From an uncultured Anaerolineaceae bacterium (lineage in GTDB: Bacteria; Chloroflexota; Anaerolineae; Anaerolineales; DRMV01): a DNA stretch of 64,000 nt. Shown in pieces: positions 18,274-28,076 of this stretch. The position numbers were made by a program, and so were the translations under genes. The notes beneath the pieces are model-generated. The model worked only from the letters and a program-made list of their open reading frames with translations. It was not told where the DNA came from and did no database searches. The stretch's first letter is position 1, and every line of letters starts with the position of its first letter. Location: contig CAYLRJ010000033.1 in NCBI GenBank assembly GCA_964386185.1, positions 100 to 64,099 of the forward strand, read 5' to 3'.

Positions 18274-18302
18274 AGTATACTCGGATTGGCGGCAGAGGTC
18301 AA
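18274..18302 (-). promoter_or_regulatory. Sigma70-type promoter of tRNA-Leu
   Basis: Minus strand reads TTGACC - 17 nt - TATACT, ending about 11 nt before the tRNA 5' end. Confidence 0.65.
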
Positions 18303-18537
18303 TAATTTTTTGCTCAGGACACAAGCCCGGCGCACGCCCGAAAGCCCTGTTTGGGCTTGCCGCAACCCCAGATTGCGCCCGGCCGGAGCAAGCCGCCTGC
18401 CGCCGTTTTACCCCCGAGCGCCAGGCAGTGGAGGATGAGAGCCTTGGCATGCTCGGCAACGCCAAGCCGAGGCCGTTTCGGCTTTTGTGGCCCCAGGGCG
18501 TCCCCTCGGGCCTGATTCCCACCCTTGAGGAGTTCCC

Positions 18538-19605
18538 ATGCGTTTAGGCATCATCGGCTTATCGCAAAGCGGCAAAACCACAGTGTTTAATGCCCTGACT
18601 CGCGGCAACGCCCCGCTCACCATGAGCGGAGGGCGTTTTGAGGTGCATACCGCGGTGGTAGATGTGCCCGACCCCCGGGTTGACGCCCTTTCCGCGATGT
18701 TCAAGCCCCGCCGCACGATTTACGCGAAGGTCACCTACGCCGACATTGCAGGCTTGGAGGGCAAAGCCAGCGGTGATATTTCCGGCCCTTTGCTCAACCA
18801 ATTGACCCAAATGGATGGCTTGGTGCATGTGGTGCGCTGTTTTGAGGACCCCAGCGTGCCCCATCCCATGGGAAGCGTGGATCCCCTGCGGGATGTGGAG
18901 GCCATGGATGCGGAGTTTTTGCTGAATGACCTCATTGCAGTGGAGCGCAAGTTGGAACGCCTGGAAGAAGAATGGAAAAAGGGCGCCCGCGAGCGCAAGC
19001 AAATCGAGCAGGAACAAGCCCTCTTCCAGAAATTGCACGAAGCCCTTTCTGCGGAAATCCCCCTGCGCGATGTGGATTTGACGCCCGATGAGGAAAAACG
19101 CCTGGCTGGTTTTGGCTTCTTGTCGCGCAAGCCGTTGCTCATCCTCTTCAACCTGGGCGAAGGGCAGGAGCCGCCCGCGCTAACATATCCGCACAAGCGG
19201 AGCGCGGTGGCTTCGCTCATGGGCAAATTGGAGATGGAAATCGCCCAGCTGCCCCCGGAAGACGCGGAGATTTTCCTGGCCGAGTATGGCATCGAAGAGC
19301 CTGGTTTGCATCGGGTCATTCGGCTCTCTTATGAGCTGTTGGGGCTGATTTCGTTCTTCACCGTGGGCGAAGATGAAGTGCGGGCGTGGACGGTGCGCCG
19401 CGGCGCCACCGCACCAGAGGCCGCGGGCGTCATCCACACTGATTTGCAAAAAGGCTTTATCCGCGCGGAGGTCGTTTCATACGACGACTTGATGGCCGCG
19501 GGGAGCATGAGCGCAGCCCGCAGCCAAGGCAAACTGCGGCTGGAAGGCAAAGACTATATCGTCCAAGATGGCGATATTTTGCACATTCGCTTCAATGTCC
19601 GCTAA
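18538..19605 (+). CDS. ychF: Ribosome-binding ATPase YchF (Obg-like GTPase family)
   Basis: 355 aa. P-loop GLSQSGKTT and a C-terminal TGS-like region WTVRRGATAPEAAGVIHTDLQKGFIRAEV. Confidence 0.85.
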   Translation: MRLGIIGLSQSGKTTVFNALTRGNAPLTMSGGRFEVHTAVVDVPDPRVDALSAMFKPRRTIYAKVTYADIAGLEGKASGDISGPLLNQLTQMDGLVHVVRCFEDPSVPHPMGSVDPLRDVEAMDAEFLLNDLIAVERKLERLEEEWKKGARERKQIEQEQALFQKLHEALSAEIPLRDVDLTPDEEKRLAGFGFLSRKPLLILFNLGEGQEPPALTYPHKRSAVASLMGKLEMEIAQLPPEDAEIFLAEYGIEEPGLHRVIRLSYELLGLISFFTVGEDEVRAWTVRRGATAPEAAGVIHTDLQKGFIRAEVVSYDDLMAAGSMSAARSQGKLRLEGKDYIVQDGDILHIRFNVR

Positions 19606-19635
19606 GCGGACTTCCCCCCTCTTTTGGAGTGTGTC

Positions 19636-21405
19636 ATGTCCACCTACACCCAAACCCGTTGGCGTTTAGACGACCTCTTCCCCTCGCAGGAAAGCGCGTG
19701 GGAGGCCTTTGATGTTTTAGAGGCGAAAGTGAAAGCCTTTGAGGCGCACCGCGCTGCTTTGCGCGCCGACATCACCACAGAGGCGTTTGTGAGCCTTTTG
19801 CACGAGCTGGAAGACATCGCCAAGCTCATTCATCGCATTTACGGTTATGCCCATTTGCGCTTTTCGGAAAACACCCAAGACGAAGAAGCCCAAAACTTCC
19901 TCGGCCAAGTGCGCCAGCGAATGGCCGAATTGGAAAATCGCCTGCTTTTCTTCGACCTTTGGTGGAAGGGCTTGGACGATGAAAACGCGGCCCGCCTGAT
20001 GGAGGCCGCCGGCGATTACCGCTACTACCTCGAAAAAATGCGCCTGTATCGCCCTTACACCCTCTCAGAAGCCGAGGAAAAAATCATCAACCTCAAAGAT
20101 ACCACCGGCACCTCGGCTTTGATAACCCTCTACAGCGCCATCACCAACCGTTACACCTTCAAGTTGGAAGTGGACGGCGAGGTGCAAGAGCTCACCCGTG
20201 GTGAATTGATGGTCTATGCCCGTCATCACGACCCTGACTTGCGGGCTGCAGCCTACCAGGAACTTTATCGCGTGTATGGCAACGATAGCAGCATCTTGGG
20301 CCAGATTTATCAAAACCGGGTGCGCGATTGGTATAACGAACACATCCTCTTGCGGAAGTTTTCCAGCCCCATTGCGGTGCGCAACTTGGCCAATCACCTC
20401 CCCGATGAGGTGGTGGCAACGCTCTTGGACGTCGTGCAGCGCAACGCAGGCGTGTTCCGCCGTTTCTTCCGCCTCAAAGCTGCTTGGTTGGGCATGGAGC
20501 GCCTCCGCCGTTACGACATCTATGCCCCGGTCGCTCAATCTGACAAGACGTATGACTTTGGCCAAGCCGTGGAAATGGTGCTGGAAGCCTACCGCCGTTT
20601 CGACCCCAAAGTTGCAAAGCTGGCCGAGCGGGTTTTGGCCGAACACCACTTGGATAGCGAAGTGCGCCCGGGCAAAAGCAGCGGTGCCTTTTGCTCGACG
20701 GTCTCGCCAGATTTCACCCCTTGGGTGCTGGTCAACTATCAGGGGCGCCCCGACGACGTCGCTACCCTGGCCCACGAACTTGGCCATGCCGTGCATGCCA
20801 TGTTGGCCGAACACCATACCGCCTTTACGCAGCATGCCATTTTGCCCCTCGCGGAAACGGCTTCGACCTTCGGCGAGATGCTGCTGGTGGATATGCTCTT
20901 AGAGCAGGAAACCGACGAGACCGTGCGCCGCGATTTGCTCTTCCGCCAGGTGGATGACAACTACGCCACCATCTTGCGGCAGGGCTATTTTGCCCTTTTT
21001 GAGCAACAAGCCCACGATATGGTGCGCCAGGGGGCTTCGGTGAGCGACTTGGCCGCCGCTTATCTGGAAAATTTGCACGACCAATTCGGCGACGCGGTGG
21101 ATATCAGCGATGAATTCCGTTGGGAATGGATTTCCATTCCGCATATTTACCACGCCCCGTTTTACGTCTACGCCTATGCCTTCGGGCAACTGTTGGTGCT
21201 CGCGCTGTATCAGCGCTACCAGCAGGAAGGGAAGGCCTTTGTGCCTCGCTATCTGGATTTGTTGGCCGCCGGAGGCTCCAAACCGCCCATGCAAATTTTG
21301 CAGGAAGCCGGCGTGGACGTCACCCAGGCAGCATTTTGGCAGGGCGGCTTTGACGTAATTGCGCAATGGGTAACCCAACTGGAAGCCCTTCCCAGGCCGG
21401 CCTAA
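19636..21405 (+). CDS. pepF: M3B family oligoendopeptidase F
   Basis: Zinc motif HELGHAVH plus a downstream E. About 590 aa, typical of PepF. ATG at 19636 follows GGAG. Confidence 0.85.
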   Translation: MSTYTQTRWRLDDLFPSQESAWEAFDVLEAKVKAFEAHRAALRADITTEAFVSLLHELEDIAKLIHRIYGYAHLRFSENTQDEEAQNFLGQVRQRMAELENRLLFFDLWWKGLDDENAARLMEAAGDYRYYLEKMRLYRPYTLSEAEEKIINLKDTTGTSALITLYSAITNRYTFKLEVDGEVQELTRGELMVYARHHDPDLRAAAYQELYRVYGNDSSILGQIYQNRVRDWYNEHILLRKFSSPIAVRNLANHLPDEVVATLLDVVQRNAGVFRRFFRLKAAWLGMERLRRYDIYAPVAQSDKTYDFGQAVEMVLEAYRRFDPKVAKLAERVLAEHHLDSEVRPGKSSGAFCSTVSPDFTPWVLVNYQGRPDDVATLAHELGHAVHAMLAEHHTAFTQHAILPLAETASTFGEMLLVDMLLEQETDETVRRDLLFRQVDDNYATILRQGYFALFEQQAHDMVRQGASVSDLAAAYLENLHDQFGDAVDISDEFRWEWISIPHIYHAPFYVYAYAFGQLLVLALYQRYQQEGKAFVPRYLDLLAAGGSKPPMQILQEAGVDVTQAAFWQGGFDVIAQWVTQLEALPRPA

Positions 21406-21480
21406 CGTTGGCTGTGCTGCGTTTGGGGCCAGATTTTGGGCGGCCCCGACATCTCACCCCTCTCGGAGGAGAACGATCAT

Positions 21481-22521
21481 ATGGATATTGTGAAAGTCGT
21501 CAAAGGGTTGAGCACGTTGCTTTGGCTCGTTTCAGGGGGGCTTTTTCTGGTGTTGATGGCTCGCTTGAGCAAAAAGCAGCCGTTGAAGCCTATCAGCACG
21601 TTGCTGCTCGTTGCGGGGGTGAGCGCGGTGGCCTTGACCACCGTCGCCGCCGGTTTGGTGTTTGTACCGCCCCAGGAGCGCGGGGTGGTGATTTCGGCCA
21701 TTGCTCCCGAAGGCTATCGTAAAGAAGCCCTGACCCCGGGCCTGCATTGGATCATCCCCTATGCGGAATACGTCGTGTACTATCCGATTTCCAAACAAAC
21801 TTATACCATGTCTTCGACGCCCGCCGAAGGCGCAGTGGAAGGCGACGATTCAATCCAAGCCCGCACCGCCGATGGTCAGTTGGTGTATATGGACGCGTCG
21901 GTCATCTTTTCCATTGACCCGAAGCGGGTGGTGGATGTGCATATTGCCTGGCAGGACCGATACGCGCATGAGCTGGTGCGCCCCTTGGTGCGCGGGGTAA
22001 TTCGCGATGCGGTGTCGCAATTCCGCATTGAAGAGGTGATTAGCACCAAGCGCTTTGACCTGGAACAGATGATTGCCACCAATTTGGCGCAACGCTTGGC
22101 CGACAACGGCCTGATTTTGGAAGACTTTGTGTTGCGCAACATTGCCTTTACCCAAGAATACGCCCAAGCCATTGAGCAGAAGCAAATTGCCGAACAGCGC
22201 GCCCTGCAGGCCAAATTCGTGGTCGAGCAAAAGAAGCAGGAAGCCGAACAGGCGCGGCAAGTGGCCCAGGGCCAAGCCGATGCCGCGGTCATCAAAGCCA
22301 AGGGCGATGCCGAAGCCCGGCTGATTCAGGCTAAAGCCGAGGCCGAGGCTTTGCAATATCTTGCCGATGTGCTTCGTGATAACCCCGATTTGTTGACGTA
22401 TCAATACATCGAGAAACTGGCGCCGGGTATCCAAGTCATGTTGGTTCCCAACGACGCCCCCTACATGTTGCCGCTGCCCGAACTGACCCCGACGCCGCAA
22501 GCAACCCCTACAGGAGAGTGA
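21481..22521 (+). CDS. SPFH/Band-7 (prohibitin/HflC-like) membrane protein
   Basis: SD GGAGGAG. N-terminal TM, an SPFH core (VVISAIAP...IQARTADGQLVYMDASVIF) and a coiled-coil tail rich in AEQ/AKA. Confidence 0.85.
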   Translation: MDIVKVVKGLSTLLWLVSGGLFLVLMARLSKKQPLKPISTLLLVAGVSAVALTTVAAGLVFVPPQERGVVISAIAPEGYRKEALTPGLHWIIPYAEYVVYYPISKQTYTMSSTPAEGAVEGDDSIQARTADGQLVYMDASVIFSIDPKRVVDVHIAWQDRYAHELVRPLVRGVIRDAVSQFRIEEVISTKRFDLEQMIATNLAQRLADNGLILEDFVLRNIAFTQEYAQAIEQKQIAEQRALQAKFVVEQKKQEAEQARQVAQGQADAAVIKAKGDAEARLIQAKAEAEALQYLADVLRDNPDLLTYQYIEKLAPGIQVMLVPNDAPYMLPLPELTPTPQATPTGE

Positions 22522-22524
22522 GAG

Positions 22525-22755
22525 ATGATGCGAGATGATCGTCCGGGATGTTTAGGCGGTTTGCTGCGTTTGGCTGCCTTGGCGTGGCTCTTTGAGTTTC
22601 TCGAGGAGCGTTTTGGCTTTGGTCAGGGCTGCTCGTGTAGTGGCATAGGGTGTGGCACATTGTTGCTGATTTTGTTCATCCTTGCTGTGTGCTATGTCTT
22701 GGCCACCACGCATTGGGGCCATCTGACCTGGGTTGTGCTGCCCGCAGTGCTTTGA
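22525..22755 (+). CDS. Small Cys-rich membrane protein, hypothetical
   Basis: 76 aa, starts 3 nt after the SPFH stop with GGAGAG upstream. GQGCSCSGIGCG followed by a TM helix. Coding status unproven. Confidence 0.4.
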   Translation: MMRDDRPGCLGGLLRLAALAWLFEFLEERFGFGQGCSCSGIGCGTLLLILFILAVCYVLATTHWGHLTWVVLPAVL

Positions 22756-22792
22756 GTGGCGCGAGGCCGCTCACCCGCCGCTGAACACCAAA

Positions 22793-22825
22793 GGCGCAGG
22801 CGATTTCGCCTGCGCCGTATCTTTT
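22793..22825 (+). terminator. Rho-independent terminator after the SPFH operon
   Basis: 10-bp stem ggcgcaggcg/cgcctgcgcc, loop attt, tail gtatctttt. Confidence 0.7.
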
Positions 22826-22963
22826 GAAGGGGGCGCTTGGTTGGCGCATGATGGGCTTGGCCGTTGGCCGTTTGGCGGCTGCGCCTCGCGCGGGGCGGGG
22901 GCTTGATGCTCTGTGTGAAGCCTCATGCTTGGGGGTGGGCTTGCGTTTTCCTGAAGTGTAAAC

Positions 22964-22992
22964 TTGACGCGCTTTAGATTTTGTGATATAGT
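22964..22992 (+). promoter_or_regulatory. Sigma70-type promoter of the DUF2089 operon
   Basis: TTGACG - 17 nt - TATAGT, preceded by an extended-10 TG. SD AAGGAGGAGG precedes the ATG at 23020. Confidence 0.65.
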
Positions 22993-23019
22993 GTTTAGGA
23001 AATCGCAAGGAGGAGGCCG

Positions 23020-23415
23020 ATGCCTAACATGCCTGCAACTTGTCCGTTTTGTGGTGGCAAACTCGTCGTCACTGGTTTGCAATGTCGCTCTTGCGGCACC
23101 ACCATCCAAGGCCGTTTCACGGCCTCTCATGGCGCAAGCGCCTTTGACCGGCTGACGCCTGAGCAATTGCACTTCCTGGAAGTGTTCATCCGTAACGAAG
23201 GCAAGTTTTCGCGCATGGAAAAGGAAATGGGGCTTTCATACCCCACCTTGCGCAACCGGTTGCGCGCGATTATCCGAGCGATGGGTTACAGCCCGGAAGA
23301 CGAGGCCTCGCGGGCCCTCTCCTCTGCAGAACGCCAGCGCATCTTAGACGACCTGGAAGCGGGCAGGATTTCCGCCTCTGAGGCCGCCCGCTTGCTCAAA
23401 GGTGAAGAGGCGTAG
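23020..23415 (+). CDS. DUF2089-type protein (zinc ribbon + HTH) with SHOCT-like C-terminal motif
   Basis: CPFCGG...CRSCG zinc ribbon, an HTH-like segment MEKEMGLSYPTLRNRL, and the C-terminus AERQRILDDLEAGRISASEAARLL. Confidence 0.7.
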   Translation: MPNMPATCPFCGGKLVVTGLQCRSCGTTIQGRFTASHGASAFDRLTPEQLHFLEVFIRNEGKFSRMEKEMGLSYPTLRNRLRAIIRAMGYSPEDEASRALSSAERQRILDDLEAGRISASEAARLLKGEEA

Positions 23416-23469
23416 CCCACCGCGTCTAATTTCATCCGACCCCTTCCATCTCATCCAAGGAGGGCTGCG

Positions 23470-24465
23470 ATGACCATCCCTAATTTTGACCCTGCCGCGC
23501 TTGAAGAGAGCATCCGCAAAGGGCTGAGCGCAGCGTTGATTCGGGAAGAAATTCCCTGGGAAGATGGCGAAACAGCGCCTTTGGTCCTTTGGGTGAATGG
23601 GCCTTTGCACGTGCAGGGCACTGATGGGCAGACGGTGCAAATTCGTGGCGTGGGGACCTCTGCGCACGAGGAGCCTCACACCATCCGCATCAATGGGCCG
23701 GTTCATGTCGTTGTGCCCCGCACCGCCCACGTCGACCTTGAAACAGTGGCTGGGCCGGTGCATGTGGGCGGGCTTGAGGGCGGGCAGGTGCGCTGGGGGA
23801 AGATCAACGGCCCCCTCAAGGTCAGCGCGACCCAAATCTGTGTGGGCGAAAACGTGGGCGGCCCGGCCAATTTCAAAAACATTGGGGAGCGCATCGAGGT
23901 TGCCAGCATCCACGGCCCTGTGCTCGTCACGCCTTGCCCGCCCCTGGTGCAATTGGCCCAAGTCCACGGCCCGGTGCGCGTGCATTGCCCTGACCCGGCA
24001 GGCAAGCGCCTCGTCATCCACAGCACCCGCAGTGTGGTGGTCAAAGTGCCTGCCGAGACGGAGGTTCAAGGCACCATCCGTAGCACAGGGCAAGTGCAGG
24101 TGGATTTGAAGCAAAACGAAAACGCCTCTCACCAAGAGGCAGAAGTTCGGCTTCACGCCGCACACCCTGAGCGTGCGCTCACTGTAGAAATCACCGCGGG
24201 CAAGCAAGTGTACATTGGTCCCAACCCTCCCGAAATCAGTGAAAGCGCCATTGGTTGGGAACTGTTGGAAAAGCTTCTCAACCTTTTTGGGGCCAAAGGG
24301 GGGCGGGGCGAAGCCAGCGCGGCTTCCGAGGCTGCCCCGCGCGCGGCCGCGGCTGGCGCCGACGACGAACTGCGGCAAGCCCGCCAGCGCATCTTACGCC
24401 TGCTGGCCGAGGGCAAAATCAGCCTCGAGGATGCCGAGCGCCTGCTGGACGCCTTAGAGCCCTAA
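23470..24465 (+). CDS. Beta-helix-like repeat protein (DUF4097-like) with SHOCT-like C-terminal motif
   Basis: Repeated (N/A/H)GP(L/V)x(V) motifs: NGPLHV, NGPVHV, AGPVHV, NGPLKV, HGPVLV, HGPVRV. C-terminus ARQRILRLLAEGKISLEDAERLL. Confidence 0.6.
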   Translation: MTIPNFDPAALEESIRKGLSAALIREEIPWEDGETAPLVLWVNGPLHVQGTDGQTVQIRGVGTSAHEEPHTIRINGPVHVVVPRTAHVDLETVAGPVHVGGLEGGQVRWGKINGPLKVSATQICVGENVGGPANFKNIGERIEVASIHGPVLVTPCPPLVQLAQVHGPVRVHCPDPAGKRLVIHSTRSVVVKVPAETEVQGTIRSTGQVQVDLKQNENASHQEAEVRLHAAHPERALTVEITAGKQVYIGPNPPEISESAIGWELLEKLLNLFGAKGGRGEASAASEAAPRAAAAGADDELRQARQRILRLLAEGKISLEDAERLLDALEP

Positions 24466-24478
24466 CCCCCTCAAAACC

Positions 24479-24518
24479 CATGCCGCCTTCTCTCGTCAGC
24501 AAGAGAGAAGGCGGCATG
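24479..24518. terminator. Perfect 16-bp hairpin between convergent genes (terminator for the minus-strand ABC operon)
   Basis: catgccgccttctctc - gtcagcaa - gagagaaggcggcatg. The U-tract (GGGTTTTGAG) is present only on the minus strand. Confidence 0.65.
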
Positions 24519-24542
24519 CAACTCGCGAAGCGGGGGGAGAAG

Positions 24543-25541
24543 CTATTCTTCTTCGAAAGGCACACCCAACGAAGCCGGTGGCACCACTTGCATCCAGCGC
24601 AAGACGCGCTGAATGAAGCGCCGCGCGTCGGGGGGCAGCCCCGCCAGTGTGCGGTCCACCCACTCGGCATTGCCGATATTGACCAAGAGCAAGGTCAAAA
24701 TCATCAGGGGGAAGGGGGCGACTTGGAGCACCTGGGAAGGCACGTTGGGCAGATAGGGCTGGAGCACCAACCCCAGCCATTGGAGCAGGGCGAAGAAGTA
24801 GGCGCCGATCGCGCCGCGAACGGGGTCCCAGCCACCAAAGATGGTCAAGGCCAGGGCAATCCACCCGATGCCATCCAAGCCTGAGATGGTGCCCTTCCAG
24901 CCAGCCTTGACGCTGAGGGAGTAGGTGGGCCCGGCCAAGCCTACCAGCGCGCCGCCCAGTGCGGTGTAAAGGTAGCGCAACTTGTTGACCGCAGCCCCTC
25001 GGGCATATGCGGCCTCGGGGCGTTCCCCAATGGCTTGCAGCGTCAGGCCCGGCCGGGTGCGGAACATCCACCACCAAGCCAGACCGATGAGGATGAAACT
25101 AAAGTAGGTGAGGGGGTCATGGCTGAAGAAGAGGGGGCCGATGACGGGAATGTCGCTCAGGATGGGGATGGGGGTGTTTTGCACCCGTGGCCCCTGGAGC
25201 CCCATGTAAGGGTTGCCCAGGAAGTAGGCCAGGTCGCGCGTCATCAGAGTGAGCACAAAACCCACCGCGACCTGCGATTGTTTCAGCGCGATGCTGGAAA
25301 AGGCCACAAGGAGCGCCACAATGGCGCCGACAGCCATGCCCATGAGAAAGCCCAGCACGATGCTCTGCGTGTTGACGGCCACGGCAAACGAGGCCATCGC
25401 TGCCAGCAAAATGGTGCCGTTGACCGAGAGGTTGATGATGCCGGAGCGTTCGGTAAAGGTCTCGCCTATGGTCGCGAAGACAATCGGCGCGGCTGCAACC
25501 AACACCCCGGCCAGACCGATCAGCAGTTCGTGGCTACTCAT
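24543..25541 (-). CDS. ABC transporter permease (BMP/nucleoside-type)
   Basis: 332 aa, about 9 TM segments. Overlaps the upstream permease stop by 8 nt. Confidence 0.85.
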   Translation of the reverse strand: MSSHELLIGLAGVLVAAAPIVFATIGETFTERSGIINLSVNGTILLAAMASFAVAVNTQSIVLGFLMGMAVGAIVALLVAFSSIALKQSQVAVGFVLTLMTRDLAYFLGNPYMGLQGPRVQNTPIPILSDIPVIGPLFFSHDPLTYFSFILIGLAWWWMFRTRPGLTLQAIGERPEAAYARGAAVNKLRYLYTALGGALVGLAGPTYSLSVKAGWKGTISGLDGIGWIALALTIFGGWDPVRGAIGAYFFALLQWLGLVLQPYLPNVPSQVLQVAPFPLMILTLLLVNIGNAEWVDRTLAGLPPDARRFIQRVLRWMQVVPPASLGVPFEEE

Positions 25542-26589
25542 CGCTTGCCTCCTGCTGGTGTTTCTTGAGCCAGCGTTGCCGCACGCCGCCCATCAGCAAG
25601 AACGAGAGCACCAACGCGCCCTGTAACACGCCAGAGAGCGATGAGTCGAGTTTGAGCACGATGGGGAGTTGGATGCTGCCGATATTGAGGGCGGCGAAGA
25701 AGAAAGTCACCGGCGCGGCCCAAGCCGGTTGGAAGTTAATCAGCATGGAGACCATCAGCCCCAACCAGCCGTAGCCGCTCGAAATGGCCGGGATTAAGCG
25801 GTGATACACCGCGGTGACCTGCACCGCCCCTGCCAGGCCGGCAAACAGCCCTGAGAGCACGAAGGCCATCATCAGGTAGCGGGTCGTCGGGATGCCCAGC
25901 AGGTACGCGGCTCGGGGGTTTTTGCCCACGGCTTTGAGTTTGAGCCCAAAGTAGGTGCCCGAGAGCAGGAAGTACACGATGGCAATGCTGACCACGCCGA
26001 TGAGTAGCGACCAGAGGCTCAGGCGGCTTCCCGGGAGCGTGGGGAGCCAGAGCTGTGGGGGGAAGGGTTCGGTCCCGCTCATGGAGCCGATGCCGGGGCG
26101 CTTCCAGGGGCCGAAGATGAGCCAGAGGGTGAGGGCGACGGCGACGAAATCCAGGCCCAGACCGCCAAAGATTTCGTTGACGCCGCCAAACACTTTCAGG
26201 AGCCCCGCCAAGGCTGCCCAGAGCGCCCCTCCCAGCGCACCGGCTGTGATGGCCAGAATGAGGATGAAGGCCGGGGAGAGGGTGCTATCTTGCAGCAGGC
26301 GCAGGACCCAGGTGGTGAAGATCCCGCCCAACACGATTTGCCCTTCGACGCCGATGTTCCACAGGCCGGCGGCAAAGGTGATGAGCAACCCGGCTGTGGC
26401 GAGCAGCAGGGGCACCCACGCTACCAGGACGTCGGAGATTTTCGCCCAAGAGCCCAAAGAGCCCTTGAGCATGTACCAGTAAGCCTCAAAGGGCGAGGCG
26501 CCCGCGGTGACCAGCACCAGCGAGGTAAACGCCAGCGCGACGAAGACCGCCGCGGTGGCAAAGGCCAGGTTTTCCCAGCGGGGTTTCAT
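25534..26589 (-). CDS. ABC transporter permease (BMP/nucleoside-type)
   Basis: 351 aa, polytopic. Its start overlaps the ATPase stop by 4 nt. Confidence 0.85.
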   Translation of the reverse strand: MKPRWENLAFATAAVFVALAFTSLVLVTAGASPFEAYWYMLKGSLGSWAKISDVLVAWVPLLLATAGLLITFAAGLWNIGVEGQIVLGGIFTTWVLRLLQDSTLSPAFILILAITAGALGGALWAALAGLLKVFGGVNEIFGGLGLDFVAVALTLWLIFGPWKRPGIGSMSGTEPFPPQLWLPTLPGSRLSLWSLLIGVVSIAIVYFLLSGTYFGLKLKAVGKNPRAAYLLGIPTTRYLMMAFVLSGLFAGLAGAVQVTAVYHRLIPAISSGYGWLGLMVSMLINFQPAWAAPVTFFFAALNIGSIQLPIVLKLDSSLSGVLQGALVLSFLLMGGVRQRWLKKHQQEASDE

Positions 26590-28076
26590 GGGGTGGCCTC
26601 CTCGGGGGTGTTGAAGCCGCGCCCGCCAATGAGTTGCCCCAGGTGTTCGATGTCGGTTTCGGTCGCGGGGATGGGCTCGGAAACCTGCCCGCTGAAGAAC
26701 ACCAGGATGCGGTCGCTGTAGTGCAAGATTTCCTCCAAATCAGATGACATGAAGAAGATGGCGGTTCTTTCTTCGCGGCAGCGGCGTTTGAGGGTTTGCC
26801 AGACCCAGATGGCCGATTCCATATCCAGGCCACGGGTGGGGTGTTCCATGAGCAAGAGGCGCAGGCCGGGCCGCAAGAGGGCCAGCAGGGCGCGCTGTTG
26901 GTTCCCGCCGGAGAGGGATTCGATGGGGGAATGGGGGCGGCCGCGGATGTTGAAGGTTTCGATGCGCTCTTTGGTCAGTTGGAGCGCGGCCTGGCGGTCA
27001 ATGATGAGCCCGCGCTGTTCGTCGGCCAAGATCATGTGTTCCAGCAGGGTGAGGTTGGGCACCAGGCCTTCTTCCAGCCGGGCCGCGGGGACGTAGGCCA
27101 CGCCGTGGCGCATGAAGTCGTGGTATGACTTGCCGGTAAGGTTGTGCCCGTCCACCCAAATTTCGCCCTCGACTGGCCGGATGAGCCCGGCGCACGCTCT
27201 GAGCAGTTGCCGTTGGCCGCTGCCTTCCATGCCGGCCAGGCCGATGACTTCGCCTTCGCGCACTTCCAGGTTGACGCCTTCGATGCGCAGGCGGTGGCTT
27301 TCAACGGCCAGGTTTTTGATTTGCAGCACGGGTTTGCCCAAGGGCGCACTGACACGCGCGCCTTTGGTCACCACTTTGCCGAACATCATTTCGACCAACG
27401 CGTCCAGGTCGTAGGGCGGCCGCGCTTCGCCGACTAATTTGCCCGCTCGCAGCACGGCCACTTGGTCGCAGAGTAGTTCGACTTCTTCTAATTTGTGGGT
27501 GACGAAGATGATGGTTTTGCCTTCGTCGGCCAGGCGATGGAGCGCGGCGAAGAGCTTTTCTTTTTGTTGGGCGCTGATGCCGGTGGTGGGTTCGTCGAAG
27601 ATGAGCACTTGAGCGCCCAGCCAAAGCAGACGGACGATTTCCAGTTGTTGGCGTTCGCCCACGGTGAGCGATTCGACGTAGGCGTCAGGATCTAACGAGA
27701 AGCCAAATTGAGCAGATAAATCCAGCAGGGCCTGCCGGGCTTCTTCACGGGGCAGGAGAAGCCCTTCGGGGTAACCGACCATGAAGTTGTCCAACACCCG
27801 CATGGGGGGGAAGTCCATCGGGTCTTGGTGCAGCATGCCGATGCCGAAGCGGATGGCGTCGGCCGGGGAGTGCATTTCAATGGGGGAGCCGTTGATGCGG
27901 ATTTCACCGGCGTCGGGACGCAGGTAGCCCGAGAGGATTTTCATCAGGGTGCTTTTGCCTGCGCCGTTTTCCCCCAGCAACCCCTGAATGGAGCCCGATG
28001 GGATGGTCAGGGTGATGTCGTCGTTGGCGTGAACCGGCCCGAAGTATTTGTGGATATGGCGGAGTTCGATTTCCAT
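26586..28076 (-). CDS. ABC transporter ATP-binding protein, duplicated ATPase
   Basis: Walker A GENGAGKST, signatures LTVGERQQLEI and LSGGNQQRALL, and a second P-loop GMEGSGQ. Start taken at MEIELRHIHKYF. A TTG at 28145 is an alternative. Confidence 0.85.
   Translation of the reverse strand: MEIELRHIHKYFGPVHANDDITLTIPSGSIQGLLGENGAGKSTLMKILSGYLRPDAGEIRINGSPIEMHSPADAIRFGIGMLHQDPMDFPPMRVLDNFMVGYPEGLLLPREEARQALLDLSAQFGFSLDPDAYVESLTVGERQQLEIVRLLWLGAQVLIFDEPTTGISAQQKEKLFAALHRLADEGKTIIFVTHKLEEVELLCDQVAVLRAGKLVGEARPPYDLDALVEMMFGKVVTKGARVSAPLGKPVLQIKNLAVESHRLRIEGVNLEVREGEVIGLAGMEGSGQRQLLRACAGLIRPVEGEIWVDGHNLTGKSYHDFMRHGVAYVPAARLEEGLVPNLTLLEHMILADEQRGLIIDRQAALQLTKERIETFNIRGRPHSPIESLSGGNQQRALLALLRPGLRLLLMEHPTRGLDMESAIWVWQTLKRRCREERTAIFFMSSDLEEILHYSDRILVFFSGQVSEPIPATETDIEHLGQLIGGRGFNTPEEATP

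Noticed and set aside
22771-23172. 133-aa and 110-aa minus-strand ORFs in the SPFH to DUF2089 intergenic region
   Set aside because: They run across a terminator and a promoter, have Arg/Pro/Ala-rich composition and have no SD.
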